From Candidatus Adlerbacteria bacterium (GTDB taxonomy: Bacteria > Patescibacteriota > Minisyncoccia > Phycocordibacterales > SBAW01), in NCBI GenBank assembly GCA_963749085.1, contig CAVVLG010000002.1, forward strand, positions 370,085-434,084: DNA of 64,000 bases. Reading direction: 5' to 3'. Of this stretch, positions 19,419-30,279 are shown piece after piece. How positions within the stretch are numbered: the first letter of the stretch is position 1; each line of letters starts with the position of its first letter. The translations under genes were made by a program, and so were the position numbers. The notes beneath the pieces are model-generated. The model did no database searches. It was not told the DNA's origin and worked only from the letters and a program-made list of their open reading frames with translations.

Positions 19419-20210
19419 ATGACCCTTTCTTATATAATTGTCACCCGCAATAAGTTGTCGTACCTCAAGGTGTCTCTTCCGAAATTGATCGCTCACAAGA
19501 AAGAAGGGGAGGAGATCGTTGTGGTTGATGGCAATAGTACTGACGGTACTGTTGAATATTTAAGGGAACTTTTCAAACGTGGTGATGTCAATCAGTTTGT
19601 TTCTGGACTGGACAAGAGTTTAGGCCATGCAATCAACAAAGGGATCCTTATGGCGAAGGGAGAATTGATCAAGACCATGAGCGATGATGATATTTATTAT
19701 TATGATGAGATGCAGAAAGTCAAAGAATTCCTGCTTGCGCATCCGGACATAGATGCTCTCGGTACGAATGGGAAACAACACGACGGGAAAGAGTATCATC
19801 GGGAAGAGGACTTTCTTCTATGGAAAAATACTCCGTATCATCCTTTTATGATTTACGAACAGGGACTGTGGCTGAGAAGAAGTTCTCTGGCGATTTTCGG
19901 CCTCGCCGACACCTCGTTTACTTACTTTTGGGATGCGGAATTTACCATACGTCTTACGGCAGGAAGGGCGCGTATCGCTTGGTATACGGGAAAAACGTTC
20001 GAACATATTCTAAATCCTAGCAGCGTCGGCGGAGGGAATCCTGATTTATGGAAAGTCGAATCCGCACGGGTGCGACAAATGTATCCGAATCTATACAGTC
20101 GCTGGAGGCATCTGGTCCCGAAGCCTATACGGACTGGTATCAGGTATCTGTTTCCCAAAAAACATCTGGCGACTGCCGAGCAGTCAAATACTCCGACATT
20201 CTTATTTTAA
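19419..20210 (+). CDS. Glycosyltransferase family 2
   Basis: 263 aa; IIVTRNKLSYLKVSLPKL...VVVDGNSTDGT, ...DDD. Confidence 0.75.
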   Translation: MTLSYIIVTRNKLSYLKVSLPKLIAHKKEGEEIVVVDGNSTDGTVEYLRELFKRGDVNQFVSGLDKSLGHAINKGILMAKGELIKTMSDDDIYYYDEMQKVKEFLLAHPDIDALGTNGKQHDGKEYHREEDFLLWKNTPYHPFMIYEQGLWLRRSSLAIFGLADTSFTYFWDAEFTIRLTAGRARIAWYTGKTFEHILNPSSVGGGNPDLWKVESARVRQMYPNLYSRWRHLVPKPIRTGIRYLFPKKHLATAEQSNTPTFLF

Positions 20211-20603
20211 CGGACCTTCAACAGAGAAAGATCTTTTGTCGTCAATGTAGGGACCGTTTTTGATTTCGATAACTTCCGAATCTTCCAAAAATTCTACTGC
20301 ATGAGGACCAGAGAGTATGACACACGTCTCGCCCTGGGCGATGTCAGCTTGTGTGGATGTTTTTTCATCCTCGTCAAAAAAGAAGACTCGAAGCTTGCCC
20401 CGAATCACAACAAGGCACTCTTGCAGGACGGTAGTCTCCCGCCGATGCGGTGTATGTGTGTGGGGAGCGACGAGTCGGCCTTTCGCATACTTAAGCGTCA
20501 GGACCTGAAGTGCTCCATCGGACTCAGTCACCGGCACAGAGCCATCCGCTATCGAGCTAATTTTTAGCGCGACGAGTCTTCCTTTGTGAACTATTTTTTC
20601 CAT
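20202..20603 (-). CDS. Cupin-fold sugar isomerase/epimerase-like protein (WxcM/FdtA-like)
   Basis: ORF 20202..20681; HxH...E cupin motif ([26 protein letters not shown]); likely start MEKIVHKG at ~20603. Confidence 0.45.
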   Translation of the reverse strand: MEKIVHKGRLVALKISSIADGSVPVTESDGALQVLTLKYAKGRLVAPHTHTPHRRETTVLQECLVVIRGKLRVFFFDEDEKTSTQADIAQGETCVILSGPHAVEFLEDSEVIEIKNGPYIDDKRSFSVEGPLK

Positions 20604-21696
20604 TGATGTGACCGTAGCCCATACTCTTGCGCTGATTGACGATCGTGCTATGCAGGATCGCCTCGCGTTTAGCATATTCAAGATCCTCTTTCGTCATGAG
20701 CGCGGCAAGCTGTTTGAACGTGACGTTTGGTTTCCAATTCAGAACGCGGCGCGCCTTTGACGAATCCCCGAGCAATGTATCGACTTCATTGGGTCGGAAA
20801 TATCGCGGATCGACCTCCACGACCGTCTTCCCAGTTTTGTTGTCGATACCCCGCTCCTTCATGCCTTTTCCTTTCCATTCAAGCGACATATCAAGGTTGC
20901 GCGCAACTTCCTCGACAAATTCGCGCACCGTGTGATTTTCACCGGTTGCGATGAGAAAATCATCTGGCTCATTGTGCTGCAGGATGCGCCACATCGCCTC
21001 CACGTAATCCTTGGAGAATCCCCAGTCGCGCTTCGCCTCAAGGTTGCCGAGGCGAATGAGCGGCTGGAGCCCGAGCTTTACTTGAGCGAGGCCAAGCGTG
21101 ATCTTGCGCGTGACGAAATTGATACCGCGGCGCGGCGATTCGTGATTGAACAAAATGCCGTTTGAAGCGAAGAGTCCGTATCCGGTCCGGTATTGCTTCG
21201 TGACATTGAACGCAAACACTTTTGACGCGCCGTAGGGCGATTGAGGATTGAAAGGGGTTGTTTCTTTTTGTGGCATTTCGAGGACTCTGCCGAACATTTC
21301 AGACGAGCTTGCTTGATAGAAGCGGATTGGAAAGTCGACGTTGCGGATTATTTCAAGGAGTCGCAGAGGCCCGAGCGCGTCGATGTTAGCGGTGTACTCG
21401 GCTTTGTCGAAGCTCACGCCGACGTGGCTCTGCGCACCGAGATTGTAGATCTCATGCGGCTTTACTTTGTTGATGATGCGGAAGAGATTGGAACTATCGG
21501 AGAGATCTCCATAGAGCATCACAAAATTGGGCTTTTCTGTATCGTCGTAGAGATGATCTATTCGCGCGGTATTGGGAAGGCTCGCACGGCGCTGGAGTCC
21601 AAACACGTGATATCCTTTTTGGAGTAGGAGTTCACAGAGATACGAACCATCTTGGCCCGTGGCGCCTGTTATAAAGGCCCTCTTTTTTTCTGGCAT
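20557..21696 (-). CDS. gmd: GDP-mannose 4,6-dehydratase
   Basis: 379 aa; [31 protein letters not shown], full-length SDR-extended with Gmd hallmarks. Confidence 0.9.
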   Translation of the reverse strand: MPEKKRAFITGATGQDGSYLCELLLQKGYHVFGLQRRASLPNTARIDHLYDDTEKPNFVMLYGDLSDSSNLFRIINKVKPHEIYNLGAQSHVGVSFDKAEYTANIDALGPLRLLEIIRNVDFPIRFYQASSSEMFGRVLEMPQKETTPFNPQSPYGASKVFAFNVTKQYRTGYGLFASNGILFNHESPRRGINFVTRKITLGLAQVKLGLQPLIRLGNLEAKRDWGFSKDYVEAMWRILQHNEPDDFLIATGENHTVREFVEEVARNLDMSLEWKGKGMKERGIDNKTGKTVVEVDPRYFRPNEVDTLLGDSSKARRVLNWKPNVTFKQLAALMTKEDLEYAKREAILHSTIVNQRKSMGYGHINGKNSSQRKTRRAKN

Positions 21697-21729
21697 AGGG
21701 GTCTATACTACGCTAAGTCATACACGTGT

Positions 21730-22521
21730 TCAAGTAGAGCGCAGGCGTTCGATATCTTCTTTGGATAATTTCCAGCCAAGTGCGCCGGTATTTTCTTCGA
21801 TGTGCGTCGGGTTGCCAGATTTTGGAATTGCAATCATGTCCTGCGAAATAATCCAGTTGAGTGCGATTTGATTAGGAGTCTTGGTATATTTTTTTGCGAG
21901 TTCCTCAAGCAACGCGCTTGTATGTTGTGCGAGCATACCCTTTGAGAGCGGCCGATATGCAATGATGTCGATATCGTGCGCACGACAGTAAGGAATAACG
22001 TCATGCTCAGCCTCTCGTGCCAGTAAATTGTATTCGAATTCATTTGCACTGAGCGTCGTATGTGTCAGATAATGCTGTGCTTCTTCCAAAAGCAACGGGG
22101 GAAAATTACTGACGCCGATTGCACGAACTGTTTTTTCATCCACTAGCTTTTCTATAGCACGCATCGTTTCGGAAAGCAGAATCTCGTGGTTAGGCCAGTG
22201 AATAAGGTAAAGGTCAATATACTTAGCATCAAGCCGTCTGAGGCTGCCGTCAACCGCTCGAAGCACGTCGTCATGGCGAAGGTTGGTTTTCCATACCTTA
22301 CTGATAAGGTAGACATTTTGGCGCTGTCCTGCGATAGCGTGGCCGACGATTTCTTCACTCAATCCGCCCCCGTACAATTCGGCGACGTCAATGATCTTCA
22401 GTCCAAGGGAAAGTCCCGTGCGCAGTGCATTAATTGAGGCGTCAATATTGTCGGGATTACGCTCCCAGGTGCCGCCCATGCCCCACGTACCCATCCCGAG
22501 ATATGGCTCTGGAAGATGCAT
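21730..22521 (-). CDS. Aldo/keto reductase
   Basis: ORF 21730..22674; AKR motifs LGMGTWGMG, IDVAELYGGGLSEEIVG, LISKVW; likely start MHLPEPYLG at 22521. Confidence 0.8.
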   Translation of the reverse strand: MHLPEPYLGMGTWGMGGTWERNPDNIDASINALRTGLSLGLKIIDVAELYGGGLSEEIVGHAIAGQRQNVYLISKVWKTNLRHDDVLRAVDGSLRRLDAKYIDLYLIHWPNHEILLSETMRAIEKLVDEKTVRAIGVSNFPPLLLEEAQHYLTHTTLSANEFEYNLLAREAEHDVIPYCRAHDIDIIAYRPLSKGMLAQHTSALLEELAKKYTKTPNQIALNWIISQDMIAIPKSGNPTHIEENTGALGWKLSKEDIERLRST

Positions 22522-22525
22522 GTCA

Positions 22526-23737
22526 CTAAATACGTCTCGGAACAGGATTGGGAATGATAAAAATACCTTTGTACCCTTTCTGTTGTATCTTCGACACAAG
22601 TTCATCAGCCAAATTCCAAGAAAGCAGGAGCGCCGCTTCGGGTTGTTCATCGAATAGGTATTTCTCATCCACAACCGGAATATGCATACCAGGGGAATAT
22701 AAACCTATTTTCAAGGGACTTTTTTCGGTGAGGTATTCGACCAACATCGTATCGAGTCCGCAGTAGTTAAGGAGAGTATTGCCCTTGGCAGGAGCACCAA
22801 TCCCGGCGATACGTGCATTCTTTTTTTTGAAGTCATATACAATATCGAGTAAAGCAAACTTTGTGGAAATTACATCTGCGGCAAATTTCTTATAGCGCGC
22901 GAGAGAATTAAAACCACGTTCTCTTTCAAGTTCACGAAGTATCTCGATACTCTTTGAAATAGGCCAAGCACCCGCATGTGCCGCATATACCCGTATCGAC
23001 CCACCATGGATTGCAATGCGCTCCACATTAATGATTTCCATATCGTAGCGCGCAAAGAGAGTCTCGAGGGAGGTCACACTGTAGTAGCGCAAATGTTCAT
23101 GGTAGATCGAGTCATATTGCATGCCCTCAACCATATCGACGACATATCCATTCTCCGAAATAAATACACCTTTCTCGTCGAGAAGTTCTTTGATACCACG
23201 CATAAATGAATCGAGTTCCTTAACATGCGCAAAAACATTGGTTGCGGTAATTACTTTGGCCGTAGAATGTTCCTGGCGTATTCGTTCAACTACTTCAAAA
23301 TTGAAGTATTCGACAAGGGTGGGTATGCCTTTTTGAAGTGCGAATGCAGTGGTACTTGAAGGATCAATACCAAGCACTTTGACGCCATGCGAGAGATAAT
23401 TCTCGAGCAGAGTGCCATCATTTGAGCCTATGTCAACGACAAAATCGCCAACCCCGAGTCGATAGTCGCTGATAATGTTTCCGACAAGCGCTTTGAAGTT
23501 CGCTCTAAGACTGTTGTTGGTGCCCGTATTATAGACATACTCACGAAAGAGAATATCGGGTTCAACGACATACCCAAGCTGTACCAGTGTGCATACACTG
23601 CAGAAGAAAAGGTCGAGTGGGTAAGTAATCTCCGGTTTTTGTAAATCTTCTTGCTTGAGAAAGGCGTCGCTTGGCGGTTGATGGCCGAGAGACAAAAATT
23701 TATAGAGTTCTTCTGTTCCACATAGTGCACACCTCAT
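22526..23737 (-). CDS. SAM-dependent sugar C-methyltransferase (TylCIII/NovU-like) with N-terminal Zn-binding CxxC
   Basis: 403 aa; MRCALCGTEELYKFLSLGHQPPSDAFL, VVDIGSNDGTLL class I MTase, C-methyltransferase C-terminal domain. Confidence 0.7.
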   Translation of the reverse strand: MRCALCGTEELYKFLSLGHQPPSDAFLKQEDLQKPEITYPLDLFFCSVCTLVQLGYVVEPDILFREYVYNTGTNNSLRANFKALVGNIISDYRLGVGDFVVDIGSNDGTLLENYLSHGVKVLGIDPSSTTAFALQKGIPTLVEYFNFEVVERIRQEHSTAKVITATNVFAHVKELDSFMRGIKELLDEKGVFISENGYVVDMVEGMQYDSIYHEHLRYYSVTSLETLFARYDMEIINVERIAIHGGSIRVYAAHAGAWPISKSIEILRELERERGFNSLARYKKFAADVISTKFALLDIVYDFKKKNARIAGIGAPAKGNTLLNYCGLDTMLVEYLTEKSPLKIGLYSPGMHIPVVDEKYLFDEQPEAALLLSWNLADELVSKIQQKGYKGIFIIPNPVPRRI

Positions 23738-23807
23738 TCGAGTATTTTAGAACTTTCTGAGCGATGAGCAAGCAGCATACCGGCCTCTCATAAACGCGGC
23801 TCTTTCA

Positions 23808-24752
23808 TTGGCGTGTTATAGTATTACGCGCATGCAAAAAGGCAAGAACGCTGAACTTCTAGAGGCCTTCGCAAGTGAACAATTCAGAAAACGCCTCGAG
23901 AGAGCCCAGCGCTTCGAGCACATAAGTGGTGGTGGAATCATTAAAAAAATTCAACGGCTGTTGGATGCGCCAAGCATCTACATCCCCTATCTACTCTTCA
24001 CGAAAACCGGCCTTTACCATTGGCAACATACCCAAGTAACACTGTTTTGGAGTCGCTTGATCACAATGCCTCTTTCGGACTATGACGCATTGACTCTTTA
24101 TATGTATGGAACACTCCCTGGCTCGGAACTTAAATTAACAAAATTTTTTATTAAAAATCTCTATCCGGATGATGTATTTTATGACATCGGCGCAAATCGC
24201 GGCTTTTATACGTTCCTAGCCTCTGAACTATGCAAAGAAGTGCACGCGTTCGAACCGATGTCTGCACTTGCTGAGGTGATAGAAGAAAATATTCATGTGA
24301 ATGAGCACGTAACCGTCAATGCGGTCGCGCTGTCGGATATTAATGGGTCTATAGACTTCTATACAACGGATTCAACGATGACCAGCACTATCAGTGCTGC
24401 AGTGGCTGGACATAATATAACCAAGAAAAGCAGGGTGCGAAGCGCGACACTCGATGCATATGTTGCGGCGCACACCAAACCGACTATCCTCAAAATAGAT
24501 GCCGAAGGAGCGGAAGATAGAATACTCAAGGGTGGCGTGAATTTCTTTTCTTCGCATGCTCCAGTTATTGCCATGGAAATTTGGGGCAAAGATAACGATT
24601 GGAACCTCTCCATGAGTGCTTCAGAAAGGCTCTGGAGCATGGGATATCAGTCATCGCGTTTGGACGAGGAAGGTAATACCCATGATGCTACGGGTGATCT
24701 CTCTGCAATAGTTCCTGCCCAAGGCACTGAAAACTTTATTTTTAAAAAATAA
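23808..24752 (+). CDS. FkbM-family methyltransferase
   Basis: 314 aa; VFYDIGANRGFYTFLAS, AFEPMSALAEVIEENI, ILKIDAEGAEDRILKG. Confidence 0.75.
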   Translation: MACYSITRMQKGKNAELLEAFASEQFRKRLERAQRFEHISGGGIIKKIQRLLDAPSIYIPYLLFTKTGLYHWQHTQVTLFWSRLITMPLSDYDALTLYMYGTLPGSELKLTKFFIKNLYPDDVFYDIGANRGFYTFLASELCKEVHAFEPMSALAEVIEENIHVNEHVTVNAVALSDINGSIDFYTTDSTMTSTISAAVAGHNITKKSRVRSATLDAYVAAHTKPTILKIDAEGAEDRILKGGVNFFSSHAPVIAMEIWGKDNDWNLSMSASERLWSMGYQSSRLDEEGNTHDATGDLSAIVPAQGTENFIFKK

Positions 24753-24756
24753 GCAG

Positions 24757-25305
24757 CTACGGTTTTCTACCAAGGAGATGATAGAGATGTACACTTTCTC
24801 CACTGTAGAGTGTCTCGGCAACCGAGAGGAACGGGTGAAATACTCTGGGGAAAAATGACTTGCACGCATAAAAGAATCCCCCATCGCTCGATATCTGAAC
24901 GTCAACAAAGTCTCTAAATAAAAACTTGGCACCGTCTTTAGTGAACCGGTAGTAGTCTGGGCAATAAGCCCCCGCATTCATGCCTCCGTGGTACGGGTGG
25001 ATAAAGAGAATAGTAGCGTATACATATCCACCCGAACGCAAGACTCTTTTCACCTCTTCCACGAAGAGATGCGGTGTCTCAAGATGTTCCAGGAGATTAA
25101 AATTGATGACCGCATCAATACTTCCATCAGGAAGCGGCATAGCGTATGCGGAACCGACGATATCGGGTTTGGCGAGGGAATTTATATTGAGCGTTTTATA
25201 GTCTTTACCTTCAAAAAATGAGTTTAATTCTCCATGCAATCCGCCAACATTCAGGATACGGTTACAGTTCTGCCGGATCGTTTCAAGAGATTCTTGTTCT
25301 GTCAT
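24757..25305 (-). CDS. Class I SAM-dependent methyltransferase
   Basis: 182 aa; ILNVGGLHGE..., DAVINFNLLEHLETPHLFVEEVKRVLRSGGYVY. Confidence 0.65.
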   Translation of the reverse strand: MTEQESLETIRQNCNRILNVGGLHGELNSFFEGKDYKTLNINSLAKPDIVGSAYAMPLPDGSIDAVINFNLLEHLETPHLFVEEVKRVLRSGGYVYATILFIHPYHGGMNAGAYCPDYYRFTKDGAKFLFRDFVDVQISSDGGFFYACKSFFPRVFHPFLSVAETLYSGESVHLYHLLGRKP

Positions 25306-25414
25306 AGGTTACATCTCTGGCAACTGTTATCGTACCACGCTCATACAAAGATACCGTTTTTGCACCATACTTGTTATCATTAACAAGTTATTATACACAC
25401 GAGTTATCCTTACT

Positions 25415-26584
25415 ATGTCCGTTTCTATCATCACGTTCGCAAATTTAGGCAGAAAAACAAACCTCAAAACAACGGAGATTGTTCCGATTATTGATGCATT
25501 CGCGAAAGCGGATGAACTCCACCAGGTCATCTGCGAGATAAACAAGGGATTTTATTTCAAGCACACCTCCCCTGCCATCCCAACACTGCTACATTACGCC
25601 ATCCGCATATTTGAAAAAACATCGGGAAAATCATTATCGCGTCGTTCGAGAGAAAAACTGTTTGATTTCTGTGCAGCACTAAGACTGGGGTATGCTGATG
25701 TGTCTATTTTTCATTCTGGATATATGTTGCCGAAGACAGTTTTGAAAGCACGTTCAAAGAACTCTATTACGGCAGACATCACTGTGTATGCCTCATTGGC
25801 GACCAATGTGGCCCTAGAAAAAGCAGAGCTAGCGATGCTTGGACACTCCTCCTACCAAGGAGTGTACACTAACCTCAGCAAGGACACTCCCGACAATACA
25901 TTATTCGACTACATGATCGCCACATCAGATTTTGCAAGAAAGTCTTTCATTGAGGCGGGGTTTCCTGCAGAGCGAACCTTTATTGTGTATCCTGATGTCG
26001 ACCTGAAACGTTTCACTCCCCGATCTACACAAGCGCCCAAAGACAATACCTTCCGATTACTATATCTTGCGTTCACCACTCCACTGAAAGGCTTGCACTA
26101 CCTACTCGACGCGTGGGAGCAGGCAAATTTACCCAACGCTGAACTGTTAATCGTCGGAGGGTTTGCTTCAATGCCCTCAGAACTGCGGGAGTGGTACGAA
26201 AGTCGCATACGAAAAAACCCGAGCATAGTGTTGGCACCGGGTACTGACGAGCCCGAAAAATATTATTGGCAGTCATCCGCTTTTGTGTTCCCGACGCTCA
26301 CCGAAGGTTTTGGAAAGGTCACCCTTGAAGCTATGGCGTGTGGTATACCAGTCATCACAACTGAGCATGCGGCCGGTATTGTTGAGGATGGTGTAAGTGG
26401 TTTTGTGCTTCCCATACGTGACGTACAAGGCTTGCGTGAAAAAATAGAATTGTTGTATCGCAATCCTGAGAAGCGTATTGAAATGGGAAACGCTGCACGC
26501 AAAGCCGCCGAAAACAAGAAACCTTCCGGGGAAGCTACCTTAGAGATATATAAAGAAATCCTTAAACGGGAACACCGAACATAA
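25415..26584 (+). CDS. Glycosyltransferase family 4
   Basis: 389 aa; C-terminal VFPTLTEGFGKVTLEAMACGIPVITT...DGVSGFVL GT4 motifs. Confidence 0.85.
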   Translation: MSVSIITFANLGRKTNLKTTEIVPIIDAFAKADELHQVICEINKGFYFKHTSPAIPTLLHYAIRIFEKTSGKSLSRRSREKLFDFCAALRLGYADVSIFHSGYMLPKTVLKARSKNSITADITVYASLATNVALEKAELAMLGHSSYQGVYTNLSKDTPDNTLFDYMIATSDFARKSFIEAGFPAERTFIVYPDVDLKRFTPRSTQAPKDNTFRLLYLAFTTPLKGLHYLLDAWEQANLPNAELLIVGGFASMPSELREWYESRIRKNPSIVLAPGTDEPEKYYWQSSAFVFPTLTEGFGKVTLEAMACGIPVITTEHAAGIVEDGVSGFVLPIRDVQGLREKIELLYRNPEKRIEMGNAARKAAENKKPSGEATLEIYKEILKREHRT

Positions 26585-26681
26585 CATCATGGCGAGATAC
26601 GGTTATGGGCGAGAGAAGAACACCAAGCTGCAAACACAAGGCTGGGTAGAAAAATCAAGGCGAGTATGGCAAGCGTTTTTT

Positions 26682-27353
26682 TCATGCTGTTATTTTCACG
26701 CGCATCGTACACCAGTCTTCGTGGATGATTTTGACAGTGCCTATTTTCCGAGCCTCTTCTTCCTGTCCGCTCCCCTTGCGGATGTCTACGATGACAGTTC
26801 CTCTGTCGTGCAAGCAACGCTCAAAAATGTTTTGATACGTGCTGAGCGGATAGTGAAAGCCGCACGAAAGCAAGGAGAGGATAAGATTGGGAACGGGGAG
26901 CAAGGACGTTTGTTCTGGGGTCAGAAAATGTATCTGTTCTTCCTTCATGCCGTGTTCGGTCAGGAGTTCTCTGGCTTTTGAGAAGCTGTTGTAGAAACCG
27001 TGGTGGGAGGAGAAGCCCGCAGTCGTGGCGCTGTTCTCGTTTTTGTCCAGCAGAAAAAAGGTGGCAGCGGGATAGTGCCGCGCAAGAAAGATGTCTATGC
27101 CTCCCAGTCCAGCACCTATGTCCACAACCACATCAGAGGCAATCGGCAGTTCACTCGCCATAGCCTCGTACTCCCGTTTCATTGAAGCGACGTAGTTTGC
27201 CTTTATAGCCGTGGCATACAACATCCCCCTCCACCATCCACCGAACCGATAGAGGAAAGGAAACTTGTACTCGAACATCCCAGAGATACGATTGAGTGCC
27301 GTATCGGGACAGCAGTCTGCGCGTTGCCGAACGATGAGAGAAGCAGTGTTCAT
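26682..27353 (-). CDS. Class I SAM-dependent methyltransferase
   Basis: 223 aa; VVDIGAGLGGIDIFLARHYPAATFFLLDKN. Confidence 0.6.
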   Translation of the reverse strand: MNTASLIVRQRADCCPDTALNRISGMFEYKFPFLYRFGGWWRGMLYATAIKANYVASMKREYEAMASELPIASDVVVDIGAGLGGIDIFLARHYPAATFFLLDKNENSATTAGFSSHHGFYNSFSKARELLTEHGMKEEQIHFLTPEQTSLLPVPNLILSLLSCGFHYPLSTYQNIFERCLHDRGTVIVDIRKGSGQEEEARKIGTVKIIHEDWCTMRVKITA

Positions 27354-27374
27354 GTTGTTTGGATGATATTGAGG

Positions 27375-28349
27375 TTACACGGATTGTGCCCTTGCCGTAG
27401 CCATGTTTGACATTTCTGGGGCCTTCCAATCAGGATGGCGGGCTAAATAGCCCTTAAGCTCCCCAATCGCCAATGCGACAGAGCCTTGGGGCGCAAATCC
27501 GGATGCTCCAATAAACTTTGAAAAATCAACGGAGTAGGATCGCGGGTCGTCGAAGCTTTTGCGCTCCTCATAGACTGCATCCGGAATTGCAGTTTTAACC
27601 ATATGACCAATCTCGCTCACCTTATAGTTTTCACCACTTCCCACATTGAATGTTTGGTTACCCACTACTGTAGTGGGTAGTTCTATGCAGCGTCGGACTG
27701 CATCGGCGACATCGCCGACATAGATGAACGGCCTCCAATTTTCACCCGCGATAATGGTTATTTTATTATCCACATAAGCGGTGGCAGTAATAGTGTTAAC
27801 CATTAGATCGAAACGTGGTCTGTGCGATAATCCATATACTGTCGCGAGACGTAAAATAGTCGGCTTAAAATGCTCCCCGGCGAGACTTTTTAGAAACTTC
27901 TCGACCTCAACCTTATATCGCCCATAGTCAGAAACGGGATTGAGCGCCGCCGTTTCCTTTAGCATGCTTTCCGATGAAAAACCGTAAACGCTGCATGAGG
28001 ACGTGTATATAAACTTTTCTATAGTGAGCTTTCGCGCGATAAGGGCAGCTGAGCAAGGTGCGAGATAATTTATCTCAAAAGCGAGATCCGGCCGCGCCGC
28101 ACATACCGGGTCGCCTACCAACTCTGCAAGGTATACGACCGTTTGGCATCCCTGCATTGCCTGATGGAGAACCGACACATCGCGGGTGTCCCCCACGATA
28201 AATTCAAGATTTGATGATTGTGGAACGGAGTCGCGATTCTTATAAATACATTGATCGAGAACTCGAACATCCTCGCCATCTTGCAAGAGCTTGGCCACTA
28301 ACATGGAGCCAATGTATCCCGCACCACCAACCACAAGAATCTTATTCAT
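27375..28349 (-). CDS. NAD-dependent sugar epimerase/dehydratase (SDR extended family)
   Basis: ORF 27375..28463; MNKILVVGGAGYIGSMLVAKLL (start ~28349), YxxxK region YGRYKVEVEKFL. Confidence 0.85.
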   Translation of the reverse strand: MNKILVVGGAGYIGSMLVAKLLQDGEDVRVLDQCIYKNRDSVPQSSNLEFIVGDTRDVSVLHQAMQGCQTVVYLAELVGDPVCAARPDLAFEINYLAPCSAALIARKLTIEKFIYTSSCSVYGFSSESMLKETAALNPVSDYGRYKVEVEKFLKSLAGEHFKPTILRLATVYGLSHRPRFDLMVNTITATAYVDNKITIIAGENWRPFIYVGDVADAVRRCIELPTTVVGNQTFNVGSGENYKVSEIGHMVKTAIPDAVYEERKSFDDPRSYSVDFSKFIGASGFAPQGSVALAIGELKGYLARHPDWKAPEMSNMATARAQSV

Positions 28350-28386
28350 CGGTATTTCAGTATAATAGAGCAGATGCGGAAGCAAA

Positions 28387-29172
28387 TCAAAGGGTTGAGA
28401 GAGGGCTTTCAAGAAGCGCGCTCGGTAAAATAAATTGCGCCCCGAGCCTGCGGGCCTGCTCAATGAGCTTACGCAGGCGCGCTTTCTTTTCGTCGGTATA
28501 AAAATGCAAATGCGTCACCACAACGAACACGCCGTTTTTGTCGTGCGCGTACTGCAAACCGTCAAACACATCCTCATCTTCAAGACGATATGAGCACACT
28601 TCTTTATGCTTGCCAAAATCAAGCACATACGGATAGGCAAAAGGGTTAAATAATTTAAACCAGAGCATCCGCACAAAAATCACCGCATACTGCCACCGCC
28701 ACAACCAATTACGCAGGCCGGCGCCACGCCCGCGGATGATGATGCCGAGGCCCGCCGTCTCAACGGCCTTGATGCCGTCACTCCCCACCCAGTCATGCGG
28801 CGGCACAAAGACGCGCGGCGCGTTGCCAAAGGCGCGCGTGAGCTCCTCCTTCCCGCGCAGCGCCTCGCCGTGCGGCAGCGCGCGTGCATACTCAAATGCG
28901 CCATCTTTCGTTTGGTGTGTCGTGCCGTGCTGTAAAATTTCAATAAGCGGGTTACCCTTCACATAAGCGATAAGCGCCGGATTACCGGTTATGGGGTACT
29001 CTTTGTCTTCTTTCTGCGCGGCTGCCACATACACATCACTGCTGCCGCGTACGAACGGTATGGTTGAAAAGCCGATAGGGATGTTTTGTGCAAATAGATC
29101 GCTATACCATCGCTCGATATCGGCGGGCTGTGAAAAATAATTTAAATCGTCATCACGGATGATAAAAAACAT
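28387..29172 (-). CDS. Polysaccharide-deacetylase-like / DUF2334-like protein
   Basis: 261 aa; MFFIIRDDDLNYFSQPADIERW...; assignment by weak recollection only. Confidence 0.35.
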   Translation of the reverse strand: MFFIIRDDDLNYFSQPADIERWYSDLFAQNIPIGFSTIPFVRGSSDVYVAAAQKEDKEYPITGNPALIAYVKGNPLIEILQHGTTHQTKDGAFEYARALPHGEALRGKEELTRAFGNAPRVFVPPHDWVGSDGIKAVETAGLGIIIRGRGAGLRNWLWRWQYAVIFVRMLWFKLFNPFAYPYVLDFGKHKEVCSYRLEDEDVFDGLQYAHDKNGVFVVVTHLHFYTDEKKARLRKLIEQARRLGAQFILPSALLESPLSTL

Positions 29173-29175
29173 ATA

Positions 29176-30279
29176 TTAACTATTTACACACTCGATTAAC
29201 AGTTTTGCATATTGAGCCACACTTGAGCTTATATCATAGCGTTGCGCAGTCTCTGTAGCATGTGCACGGAGTGCGTGAGAATCGGCTTGGACGAGTTTCT
29301 CTAAAGCCCCTTCAACCGCTTCAGCGCTCCGGTTTGGGATAAAAAAGCCATTCGCGCCGTCTTTGATATATTCATCAGGACCTGCAGTTTTAGTGGTCAC
29401 GACTGGTAACCCGGCTGCCATCGCCTCAATGCACACAAGGGAGAATCCTTCAATGTCGGAGGTAAGTACGAATGCATCACTCGCTTTATAAAATTTTACG
29501 ATATCACGACGTGTGCCAAAAAACGTGACGGAGTTGTTGAGGTCAAGGGCGTTAGTGCGCGTTTCAAGTTTCGGACGCAGCCAGCCCTCGCCCACTATCG
29601 CCAGCTTATACGTGGGAAATTTTTTGTGGAAAAGCGCAAAACCGTCGAGCAAGAGCTTTTGATTTTTTTGAGGCGACAGGCGTCCCACAGTAAGTACTGG
29701 CTTGTTTGCCGGCTTAAACCCAAGTTCGCTCTTGAGTTCTTCTTTTGCAGGCAAGGCCGCGGAGTGTTGTGTAATTTTTGTATGTCAACGCCATTGTGAA
29801 TGACGACGACTTTGCTTTGGGATTCCTCCTGTGCGGCGGTAGATTCGGCTACCGTTTTTGAAACTGCAACAATGCGATACGAGACACGCGCTAACCAACG
29901 ATCAACAATAAGCTGTGTCCGTGTTTTATTAACATAGGTATTATGCTCGCACGGTATTACAGCGTAGCCAGAGAAGGAGTTTAGTGTGCTAATTACGGTA
30001 TTGCTGAAATGTGAGGTTAGAGACGACTATATCCGGCTTAAGGGCTTGGAGCGCCCGGTACAGTCTCCACCATGAGCGGATGTCATGCAGACTTTTAAAA
30101 TCAAAATGGAGCGTGCGTACAGACGAAGGAACTTCTGCTAAGAAGTTTTCTTCTGGGTTCTGTCGCAGGGTTATGAGGTAACAGCCAAAGCGTGTTTGAT
30201 CGATGCGCTGATCTTCTACCGTGAGACGTTCCGCCCCACCGATGCCGAGATCGTTGATCCCAAAAACCACTTTTATCTT
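29176..30279 (-). pseudogene. Glycosyltransferase family 4 gene interrupted by two frameshifts (near 29990 and near 29758); N-terminal segment is in frame with the upstream GT4
   Basis: Frame a: KIKVVFGINDLGIGGAERL...KPDIVVSNLTFQQYRN*; frame b (29988..29760): STLNSFSGYAVIPCEHNTYVNKTRTQLIVDRWLARVSYRIVAVSKTVAESTAAQEESQSKVVVIHNGVDIQKLHNTP; frame c (29754..29176): AKEELKSELGFKPANKPVLTVGRLSPQKNQ...LTSDIEGFSLVCIEAMAAGLPVVTT; concatenation gives a contiguous, full GT4 domain. Confidence 0.6.

Noticed and set aside
26589-26981. 130-aa plus-strand ORF between GT4 and the methyltransferase
   Set aside because: Overlaps the 5' region of the minus-strand methyltransferase gene (26682..27353); no recognisable motifs.
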